Shown here piece after piece: positions 54,078-64,000 of a stretch of DNA of 64,000 nt (within the stretch, counting starts at the first letter, position 1; every line of letters begins with the position of its first letter). Source of the stretch: Raillietiella orientalis (lineage: Eukaryota); assembly GCA_036172245.1 (NCBI GenBank), contig JAYWIR010000030.1, positions 2,666,001 to 2,730,000 on the forward strand, read 5' to 3'. The notes under the pieces are model-generated. The model was given only the letters and a program-made list of their open reading frames with translations, did no database searches and was not told the origin of the DNA. A program made the position numbers and the translations under genes.

Positions 54078-56110
54078 AGCTTGGGAAGCTGCGGAAGATC
54101 GGTACTTCTCGGAAGATGCGTCCTCCTCACAGTGCAGGACCGCCCGGCCCCCGGTTGCGGCGCGACGGCGCTCCCGCGGGGATGCGCTCGCGCGCTCGCA
54201 CGCGGGCCTCCGCTGGCGCCTGGCTTTTCCAGTGGAGGGGCGGCACCTGACCAAAAGGGGCGGAGTATTCGGAAGCCCTCCCGCGCACCGGTTGGCGCAG
54301 CGCTTCCGCGCGGGGGAGGCGCGTCCCCTTTCGCGCAACCCTTCCCCGCTTCTCGCGCCCCGAAATGGCAGGCGAAGCTGGCATCCGCCCGCAGAGGAAA
54401 TCTGGCTAGAGGATCTCTGCGAGCGTTTCCCGTTGGACTGCAGTCACGGAACGCGACTTCCAGTCGAATTGGTTTCGCACGCGATCGCCCTCGCTCGCGA
54501 ACCCAGGGCGTCCGAACGCTCGGCCGCACCGGCATCCGAAACTGGAGTAAAAGGTGGGAGCGGTTGGGACGACCGGAGCAAACTGGAAATGAAACAGCGG
54601 ATCCCGCGCATGCGCGGCGGCCGTTCGGAAGCTCCTGTGGGTAAGGAGGGGAACTGCGGAACGAACATGACCGCAAGCGCGGCAGCCGGCCGTTCGCCTG
54701 CAGCAAGTCACGGAGGCGTCTTTGCGCGGGAACGACGGCGAGGATGTCGTACAAAGGGAAAACGAAGAAAAAACTCCGAAACGGAGCCACAGTAGAGGGA
54801 GGACGCCAGCGCGCCATAAGCGTCATTACGCGCCGCGCGAGCGCTTTTTCCGACGCACGCCGGAGGGGATGGCGCGGGGACGCCAAACGACGGCGGATCG
54901 GTCGAAGAAAGGCGCCATGTGCGCGTCGGACGCTCAACGGGGAAAGCCGAGAAGAGGGCGGGAAGGCGGCGAACCGTGCTTGCCGCGAGGGAAAGCGCGG
55001 CGGACGGGGTTCCCGCCATCTCCAGGAGAGCTGCGTAAGCGACCGGGGTGTGCCGCTCCTTCGCGAGAGGGTGCAGCGCGCAGCGCCCACCGGGAGGTCG
55101 GGATGCAGGTCCCGTGAGCTCCACGTCGCGTCCCCATATAGGCTTTCCTTCGCGCGGTTCGCGTCGGTGTCTCCGAGCAGTGATTCGCTCTCCGCTTTTC
55201 GCCTGCGTGCCGCCTCCTTTGCCGCGATTTCCAGGAAGATTCCCAGCAGGCGTGGTCGAGCCTCCAAAAGCGAGCTAAACAGTCAACCTGGAATCCGACT
55301 CTGAGCCCCGGGTGGGCAGGGGGGGGGCAAACCTTTGTCGAGCCCTGTTGCGCGCGGGACCTGCATTTTCCTCCGTGTAGTGGCCGTCAGCGGCATTGTA
55401 TCCCTCGGCGCCCGCCGCTCGCCCGGACCGGGAGCATCTGTCTTGGTCTGCTTGGTTCACGCGAGGAAAGCAAACTGAAAGGTCAACGCGAAATTGCTGA
55501 CCGGTCTCCGGATAGGCGACGGGGAGCATTTCATCCCGCGCTCGGTCTCACGTGCCGCCCTTGCGCCACTCCGAGCAGTGGTTCGCTGGTACTCGGTCCG
55601 CCGTGCTGCGCGCCTCCCGTCGGGAGCGAGCGGATCGCTTGGCCAGGACGTCGTAGGGTATCGGAAAGCTAACTGAACGGCCAACGCGGAATCGGCTATG
55701 AGGCACCGGGAGGTCTTCGCAGCGCGTCCGTTGGTGCGTCAGCAGAAAGCAAACGGAACGCTCGAAGCGAGAGCGAACGGAGGCGTACCTTGGGCAAGCA
55801 GAAACGAGAGAATTCAGGGGAATATGAGCGCGTATGTCTTCTGGCCTATTACCGTCCACGATGGAAACCCATCCCGGAATCGATCGCTGTCCCCGTGGTT
55901 GATGTTTTCGATGCTTTTAGTTTGCGTTTTCTCTTTTGCCGCGCCCCTGAAGGGATTACCTGAACTATTCAGCAGTCTGCGTAGCAGCGTCGACGGACGG
56001 AACCTGCAGAGATCCGCCGGAGCGAACCATGCCGAAGACGAGCCACCGAATGGCTCCGCCGGGCGAAAAATTCGTCTCACTTTGCGTTCCGCTTTTCGGT
56101 CCTCCCGTGT
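54078..56110 (-). repeat. GC-rich U2 tandem-array intergenic spacer containing ~197-bp subrepeats
   Basis: It lies between a U2 3' end and the next U2 5' end on the same strand. It is homologous to 59235-60590, 62875-64000 and 24080-24572. Confidence 0.85.
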
Positions 56111-56114
56111 TGAG

Positions 56115-56265
56115 GGGTAGTGGGCGGATCCCGTAGGTACTGCAATACCGGGTCAACCCGCGACAGGAGAGCAGCAAGCTCCAAGCATCCCGTCCACTTC
56201 CAAAAATTTAATATACTGGCCACCAGATAGGTGGCGTATCAGATATTAAGCTGATAAGAACAGAT
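56115..56265 (-). pseudogene. U2 snRNA 3' portion, well preserved
   Basis: The reverse complement reads ATCTGTTCTTATCAGCTTAATATCTGATACG...AAATTTTTGGA (Sm site)...GGTATTGCAGTACC (stem-loop IV). Confidence 0.95.
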
Positions 56266-59235
56266 TTTTTTTTATTAAGAAAATACAAACATAGTACAAA
56301 TTTGCAGAATAATTTTGCCGTATCTCCTTCTTAATCTCTCCTGGCTCATGTAAAAAGGGCCATTTAATGGGGTTTCCCATTATCCAACGTTGCATGTAGA
56401 GCATCACCAGGTGGGTACCCTGAGCGATGCGTCCAGTAGATGTCCCTGCTGTATTTCATAGTACTTGCAATGATTAATTTTGTCATGGTGTCAGAGTACC
56501 GACGGGGAATTTTCAGTTCTTTCAATACTGCATCATTTCTGGGATCCCATGAACCAAGAGAGCCAACCAAGAAGGCGCGGGCTTCTGCGCTGCATCCAAT
56601 CCTCCTAAAATATTGAACGATGTCTTGGTACTTGTCTTCCTTCTCACTTCTTGTTGTAGTAAAGGACTCTTCCGTCTTTTCAAACGGACAGGAAACATCC
56701 AAGACAACAACGGAATTAGCCTTTTGTAAAACTAAGTCCGGACGCAGCGAGCTTCCACTTCCTCTTATGGGCTGATTTGCTGTGAAGAGCTGCCATCCAG
56801 CCACTTTCTCCGCAGCTTTACATAATCTCCTTACAATTTCATCATGTCGGGCAGTATACAGACGAGAGTGCCTCATGCAGTGGTTGAGTACATGAGGCAA
56901 GGTCTCATCGTATAGAGTGCACCTTCTGCAGCTTCTCTCCGCAGGTCTTCTCTTCCCTCCCCTAATCGATGGAAGATTTAGTCGTGCTGCATGAATAAAT
57001 CGGTAGTCGGCAAAACGCAAGTACTCCCCATTATTGATAAAAAAACTTGATGCACGATGCAGACCGACTCATCGCATGGCTTTCCCTTGATCAGGATGCA
57101 AATTAATAAGGTCTAGCCATGCCTGATGTATCTGTGCATCGCGAATCGCAGCAGTGAATCTTCGGCGCATTACAGAATTAAATGACAGGTCTCCTACATG
57201 GAGCTTGACTTCTTGATCTTCAAAACTCTAAGTTGCATGTATCCGGGAAGAAGCTTGGCGACCTGTTGTCCAGATTCTCTTAATATCGCCAGAAGATCTT
57301 GAGAATTTGTCAGAACAGTCACCACTCATAAATCTTGCCAAGTCTTCGGTGGGTAGTTGCAGAATTTTCTTCTTCACTACCTCACGTAAGGAATTCTTGG
57401 CAAGATGGGAGACTGACTGATCATGGGATGAAAGCAACTTGAAGCAGCTGTCTATAATGAAGGTGTCCCCTTCATCCGAAAGCCGCATCAATGCCAAACA
57501 TCCCATCTTCCTGTCACCGTATAGATACTCATTTGCAGCTCTCGCTGGAAGATGTAATATTTCTTTAATAATCTTTCGTATTTCCCGATCGACAAACTTC
57601 CACTCTTGTTTTTGATGGGTGCCCAGCCTTTGAAAATGAACAAGGCTCGGAAAATAAAAAGTTCGGAGGGCATCCATTTTTTGCCAAGGCGAAAGGCCAG
57701 AGTTTAAGATCTGGCTTGCTTTGGCAACCATTTCCTCCTTTGAAGGGATATTGGGGAATACTTGAATTCCAAATGGTTTCCCCAAGTAACGGCAGGCTTC
57801 AGCTAATGTCAAATCAGGAACAATTTGATCTTCAACATGGAGCTGTAAACTTCGGCATCCCTTCGGTGTTTTCCCGGAGTACAGCAATGACGCACACTTA
57901 TTTGCATTGATCTGTAGACCTGCTCTTTTAATGAGAGTTTTAAAGTGATCAAATCTTTGAATTATTTCTTCCTTAGAGTTAGCCATTACTGCCAAGTCGT
58001 CAGCATAGGCTAACAGGGAACCTTCTCCATAGAGTTCCCTCATTTCACGCAGAAGAGGCTCCATAGCTAAAATAAAAAGCAAAGAACTTAAAGGGCAACC
58101 CTATTTCACTCCTCTTCGCAGAATGAAAGGTCTTGTTGTAGAATTATCCAATTGTATATATGTGGAGCTATCCTGGTAAAGTTCTTTTACCAGCTCCAAA
58201 AACTTCGCGCCAACGTTGATTCTCTCCAACGTGTGAATCAACATATGATGACTCAACGAACCAAATGCATTGGCGAGGTCAATAAAAACCACGCCAAAAT
58301 CTTTGGAACATCTTCTGGCCTGGTCTAAACAAGTTTGCAAAGCAAAATTGTGTTCTAGTACACCATCAAATGGCAGGATTCCTTTTTGCTGCGGACGTAT
58401 TACTTGATATTCTACAATCCAGTCCCGCAGACGACCAGCCAGACATTTCGAGTACAGGCGAGAGATGGCGTTACCAATTGATATCGGACGCCAATCCGTT
58501 ATATTCATAGATGTCGAGTCACGTTTTGGAATCAATACGGTTCGCGTACACTTCCACGAAGATATTATTTTCTTGTGTTTTAACAGGTTGTTAAAGATGG
58601 ACGTAAACAACTCTGCCTCAGGGTCTACCCTCTTCCACCCTTAGTAAGTTATACCGTCGAGGCCAGGGAATGAGTTCTCTGCTTTTCTTAGCCAAGAGGC
58701 CACCTCTTCTTGAGTGAAAGCAGACAGTTCTAAAGGAGAAACTTGAGAGTTTATCGCTAGAAGTATATTCCCCGTCAAATTACATTCTATCGTAGGGGAT
58801 GACTCCAGTTCTAGTTGAAAATGCTCCTCGACCTTCACAGCGTCGATTTGGCGGTGTGTTTCCATCTGTCCCAAGATTGATCAGAACGAGCTCCAGCGAT
58901 TTCTACGATACAAGCATTGTATCTTCCATTTATTTTGCGGGTCCACTTGCTTAGGTTTACTATGACCTTTTGGTGGATTAATCTTTAAAATCTTCTGTAC
59001 TTTCTTCACCAACTCTTCGAAAGCATTATTGAAGTCGGACCATTCCATAATATCCGATTTCAAGTAACCAGAAAAGGCCTTCCTGTCTTCTTCGAATTGA
59101 TCACTAATCTCAGTGTGTTGAAGACGTTTTCTAGATTGTCGTCTAGCAACATCGGAAATATGCGTCTCATCAGGGACCTGAGCAATATTGTTTGCTTGTT
59201 CTTCTTCAGATTCAATTGGTCTTTGCTCATGACCT
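56266..59235 (-). mobile_element. Utopia element (lineage A), RT-CCHC-RLE with intact 3' junction, inactivated by stops
   Basis: The RT is split by stops at 58641, 58101 and 57228. CRRC..ETLPHVLNHC, RHD and LRPDLV..LDVSCPFE..KEDKY are present. The 3' UTR ends in AATAAAAAAAAA joined to U2 TCTGTTCTT. Confidence 0.93.
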
Positions 59236-60591
59236 AGTCGAATGGGTTTCGCACGCGATCGCACTGGCTAGCGAATCCCGGCCTATCGGTGGGCGCTGCG
59301 CTTCCTTTCCTCTAGCGGACGAGCGACGAAACTCTTTCCGCCTACGCAGCTAGACGGGAGATGGCAGGCACGCCGTACGCCGCGCTTTCCCTCGCGGCAG
59401 GCGCGGTTCGCCGCCTTCCCGCCCTTTTATCGGCATTTGTCGTGGACCGTCCGACGCGCAGACGGCGCTTTTGTTGGGCCATCTGCCGCCGTTCGGCGCC
59501 CGCGCACCCTGGCTTTCGGCGTGCGTCGGAGAAACTGCTCGCAAGGCGCGCTGCGCGGGAGGACGCGGATGGCGCGCGCGCGTCGTGGCGAGACGGGGTC
59601 CCTGTTTCGTCGTTTTTTTTTTTTTCTTCTTCGTTTTATGTTTGCACGGAATCCTCGCCGTCGTTTTGATGCGAAAAGACGCTTCCGTGGCTGGCTGCAG
59701 GCGAACGGCCGGCTGCCGCGCTTGCGGTCAAGTTAGTTCCGCCGTTCCCCTCCTTATCCTCGGGAGCTTCCGAACGGCCGCAGCGCAACGGCGGCAAACG
59801 CTGCTGCATCTCCAGTTCGCCCCGGTCGACACAAACGCTCCCGCCTCCGCCTGGCCACTCGTATGCCGGTGCGGCGGAACGTTCGGACGCCCGGGGTTCG
59901 GGAGCGAGGGCAATCGCGTGCAAAACGCATTCGACTGGAAGGCGGGTTCCGTGACTGCAGCCCTACGAACAACGCACGCAGCCATCATCCTCTTGCCAGC
60001 TTTCCTCTCCGCGCGCATGCCAGCTTCCGCGCCTGCGATTTCGGGGCGCGGGAAGCGGGGAAGGGTGGCGCGGAAGGGGACGCGCCTCCCCAGCGCGGTT
60101 TCGCTGCGCTAATAAGTGCGCGGGAGCGCTCCCGAACGCTCCGCCCCTTTCGGTCACGTTCCGCCCCTTCTTCGGAACAGCCCGCCGCCAGCGGAGGCCA
60201 GCGTGCGAGCGCGAAGCGCATCCCCATGGGAGCGCCGTCGACTAACGAACGCGAAGGCGCCGCTTCCGGCTCAGCGCGACACGCGTGCAGGATGCATTCC
60301 GTGCAGCCATCTAGCCGAATGCGCGTCCACCACGCTCGTCTTCCGCGAGATGGCGCGCACGACGCGGCGTGCCTCGGGCGATCGAGGTCCTCGTCTCGCA
60401 CGCGCGGACGGTCCCGCCGCACCGCCCCGCGGGCGCCGCAGCACTGAGCTCGGGAAGTCCAGACGGCGCGTCGCGCGAGCTCGCCGGGCACGTGGGCGCG
60501 CTGCCGCGCCGCAACCGTGTGCCGGGCGGTCCAGCACTGCGCGGAGCACGCATCTTGAGAGAATTACCGATCTTCCGCAGCTTCCCAAGCT
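59235..60591 (+). repeat. GC-rich U2 upstream spacer, inverted homologue of 54078-55040
   Basis: It aligns in reverse complement to 54078-55040 and carries an extra ~250 bp near 60240-60490. Confidence 0.85.
60530..60591 (+). promoter_or_regulatory. Candidate U2 promoter/PSE region
   Basis: GAG.ACGCATCTT..GAGAA.TACCGATCTTCCGCAGCTTCCCAAGCT is shared immediately upstream of both U2 5' ends. The position fits an snRNA PSE, but the motif itself is not identified. Confidence 0.55.
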
Positions 60592-60627
60592 ATGGCTTCT
60601 CGGCCTTTTGGCTAAGATCAAAGTGTA
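60592..60627 (+). pseudogene. U2 snRNA 5' fragment (nt 1-36)
   Basis: ATGGCTTCTCGGCCTTTTGGCTAAGATCAAAGTGTA is followed by unrelated sequence. Confidence 0.95.
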
Positions 60628-60829
60628 AGTTTTACTGTGCTTTGGTCGGTCATTTGGCCAAGGGCGCTCAAATCGATTACAGCCAATGGCTGTGAACGAT
60701 ACTCCATACGTATCTCCATTCTTATTCTTCGTTTGACCTTATATAAAAATCTGTTCGATCTCATCATCCTGCACAATCCAATGTACGGGAAGTCTGCGCG
60801 TGGATTTCCGCACACGGGATTAAAAGCTT

Positions 60830-62870
60830 GTCGGATCTCCGCCAGGATTGTCGAAGGGGGGACTAAGATCACCATTAAGATAACTTGCTAGGACATTCGA
60901 TGGGGCCACGCGTGTTTTACGCGAGACTACGTCTCGGAGCGTGTTCAAGGCAAGGTCAGCCACCATGCGATCTGGGCTCGTAAGCAGCTTGTACGCCAAG
61001 TCGATCGTCATAATTCCGCTTTACTCTTGAAGGATCATGCAATTCATTCCACCGGACATTTGGGACGTATATAAATATTCTAAGGATGCTGCCTGGGGGA
61101 GCGTTAGAATCTTGATCTTTATCGCATCCTTGACGATCTTGTCCAGTTTCTTCCAGAACGCCAGGGGCTTCTGCCCAAGTCGCAACGCGTGCGTTAGGGC
61201 AGGAAAGAAAAAGGTTTTAATAGCGAAAAGTTTCTGCCACGGGAGAAGGGGACACTCCAGGAGCTTCTGGAAGGAGAGTATAATGTTGTCCTCATCAGCG
61301 TCGTTTTCCATCGCATAAAAACCAATGGGTTTTCCCAGATAACGATAGGTTCTTGTTTCTTCCAGGGCAGGCATTGGCGCTTGAGAAACATAAAACCTGG
61401 TGGGACGTGCGCCGGACGGGCGGGTATGGGAAATTTGAAGCGAGCCACATTTGCTTGGATTGCTCGTCAGGCCGCAGCGGGCGGCAGCCTGATGAAGAGT
61501 GTCAATCGCTTTCTGCAGGGTTTGGGGAGATTCACTTATCAGTGCGACATCGTCCGCGTATGCGAGTGTCACACAGCTGGGAACAGAGGCTGCGAGTAGC
61601 CTCAGTATGGGTTCTAATGCAAGGTTAAAAAGAAGCCCGCTGAGTGGACAACCTTGCCTGACACCCGCTCGTATGAGGACCGGTTCGGACGTTCCTTTCT
61701 CTCCGCGAAAGATAGTAGCGGACTCCTCATATAATTCCTTTATCAGGTTGGTGAATTGTTCACCAACGCCACAGTGTATCAAGGAGTCGAACAGGTATTC
61801 GTGCGGAACAGACGAGAACGCATCCTTAAAATCTACCCACTCCACACATATATCCTTGCGATGTCTGCGTGCTTCCTCAATAAACGTATTGAGTGTAAAA
61901 TTGTTTTCCAGCACACCGTCAAAGGGCAGGAAACCTTTTTGATTGAGGCTGATAATGCCATTACGCATTATCCAGCCTCGTAGCCTCCTAGCAATGCATT
62001 TCGCGAACACTCTCCCCATGGTGTTCGTGATGGCTATGAAGCGAAAGTGTTCGAGGCTCGTCTCCTGGGGATCGGCCTTTTTTGGGATTAGGATGGAAAC
62101 ACTGTTTTTCCATTCCTTTGGGAGCCGTCCGTGAAGTAAACACAGGTTGAAGATCCTGGTCAGCAGGGAGCATTGCGGATCTGCTCGCTGCAGTGCATTA
62201 TAGCATATCCTGTCTTCTCCTGGAGAAGTGTTTTCACAGGAGGCTAAGTTCTGTGCGACCTCTTCAGGGAGGAGAGGGGAGAGGTCCAGGGCGTCTGCAG
62301 GCGGGAAGGGGGGGGTAGTAGCAAGCAATTGAGCATCGAAGCTCTTCACTGCGTGAATGTTTTGGAAGTGCTCGCGAATTTCATTCAAGGGGACCGTGCA
62401 TCGCCCTTTGTTAATCCCTTGTATTTCTCTAACAGCACGCCTACGATTCGTTCGGTAAATGTTCTGTAGGCGCACGCGGCCGGTTTATTCGCTTTACCCT
62501 TATGGCCGGAGGGATTTTTGTTGGGGTTACGTGAACGAGTTCTCTGCACATGTATCCGGGAGCGAAATTCCTGTAAGACAAGCAGTGTCTTCTCCCAAGT
62601 ATCGAGGTTAGGAGTTAGCTTTGCGATATCCTCGAGTTCCCGTATCAAATCGAGGTTCGTGCTGATCGTTTCTCCATGTTCAAAAAAGCTTTCTGCCGCT
62701 GGGTGCACCTCCGATGTGTCTGGCTAGTCCCTGCGATCATGTCGATGAAGGCGGTGAACGGTTAGACTCGATTCTCGGCAAAGATGTTGAAATGTTTCGC
62801 TAGCAAGAAACCTCCTCACCTGTCGTTCCCATGGAAACCATCAGGTGTTACAATTACGACAGGCGAACCT
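60830..62870 (-). mobile_element. NeSL/Utopia lineage B element with an open 484-aa RT ORF, inverted within a U2 locus
   Basis: ORF 61021-62475 has all RT motifs (QKGFLPFDGV, DFKDAFSSV, GVRQGCPLS, YADD, YRYLG). Confidence 0.9.
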
Positions 62871-62874
62871 AACG

Positions 62875-64000
62875 TGGAAGCGGAACGCGAAGCAACACGA
62901 AGTTTTCGCCCGGTGGAGAAGCCTTTCGGTTGCGCGTCTTCGGCATGGTTCGCTACGGCGGATCTCTGCAGTTTCCTTTCTTCGACGCTGCTGCAACGGA
63001 TACTGCTCAATCGTTCAGGCAATCCCACCAGGGGCGCGGCAAAAGAGAAAACGCAAGCCAAAGGAATCGCAAACAAGAACCACGGGGAGAAGGCAATCGA
63101 TCCGGATACGGGTATCCATCGGGGACGGAGATGGGCTGGAGGAGACACGCGCGCATCTTCCCCTGCATTGCCTCGTGTACGCTTGCCCAACGTACGCCGC
63201 CGGGCGGTGTGGCTTCGAGCGTTCCGTTTGCTATCTGCTGACGGTACAAGGGTCGCGCTGGGCATTGCTCGCGGAGCCTCGCAGCCGAATCCGCGTTGGC
63301 CGTTTAGTTTGCTTTGCTAACGCGAACCAAACACACCAGGATAGATGCTCCCGGTCCGGGCGAGCGGTGGGCGGCGCGGGAAACAATGCCGCCGGCCTCC
63401 ACTGCACGGAGGAAAATGCAGGTCCCGCGGGCCATGGAGCGAGCCACCTGTTGGCCCCCCTCCCGCCCGCCCGGGGTTCTAAGCCGAATTCCACGTTGAC
63501 GGTTTAGCTCGCTTTCGGAGGCTCGAGCAGGCCCGATGGAAAGCTTCTTCGGAATCGCAGCGAACGAGGCCGCGCGCAGGCGACAAGCGAAGAGCGAATC
63601 ACTGCTCCGAGGGGCGGACGAGATCCGCGCGAAGGAAAGCCTATACAGGGACGCAACGCGGGTCTCCCGGGAACTGCATCCGGTATTCGCGTTGGCAGTT
63701 CAGTAGGATTTCAGGGTTGGTACGATTTCAGCGCAAAGCCATCGGTCTGGGTTCTGTGCGGTCCGAATGGCACGGGAGACAACGCTCCCGCGAGCCACTG
63801 CTCCGAGGTTCGGCACTTCATCGCGCGGAAACCGGAGCCGCGTTTCGCGTTGGACGTTCAGTTTGCTTTCAGGGGAGCAACGATTCCGGCGCCGAAACGT
63901 CGTCCCAACTGCGGCACCGCGCGAAAGGCGTGGGAAACAATGCGACCGCGCGCCACAGCTCGGGAGAGCGAAAGGGCTTCGCGCGCACCCGAACGCGCGC
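62875..64000 (+). repeat. GC-rich U2 downstream spacer with four subrepeat boxes
   Basis: It is a reverse-complement homologue of 55100-56095 and 24155-24572. Boxes end at 63316, 63516, 63712 and 63870. Confidence 0.85.

Noticed and set aside
53978..55304. Long Arg/Ala/Pro-rich ORFs (e.g. 429 aa) in the GC-rich spacer, also at 59350-60700 and 62800-63500
   Set aside because: They are open in several frames on both strands because of high GC, have no domain motifs, and indels between copies do not preserve frame.
55260..55700. CRISPR-like array (conserved ~27-nt repeat with variable intervals)
   Set aside because: The intervals are ~170 bp and mutually homologous, the repeats are degenerate, no cas genes are present and the context is eukaryotic.

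Overview
Eukaryotic, probably nematode-like DNA (inferred from 44-52 nt introns), not prokaryotic. Two intron-containing host genes can be reconstructed on the minus strand: a compact CtIP/COM-1 (6253-7464, with a GC-AG intron) and Spindly (34815-39346, Spindly box GNSLFAEIEDRR, C-terminal CaaX CSPQ). A decayed, intronless NCoR/SMRT C-terminal fragment lies at 30867-32320. Most of 10-28 kb and 41-64 kb is a rearranged mass of non-LTR retrotransposons: U2 snRNA-targeting Utopia/NeSL-clade elements (ZnF-RT-CCHC-RLE) of several lineages, plus L1/Tx1-clade elements. All four U2 snRNA pieces are broken at or beside the branch-point pairing region, and no intact U2 is present. The GC-rich U2 spacer contains a diverged ~197-bp two-box repeat. 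This repeat varies in unit number between copies, and a piece of it has inserted into an RT gene with a 13-bp target-site duplication. Retroelement boundaries are approximate. Regions 1-6.2 kb, 7.5-10.3 kb, 33-34.8 kb and 42.4-47.9 kb could not be assigned.
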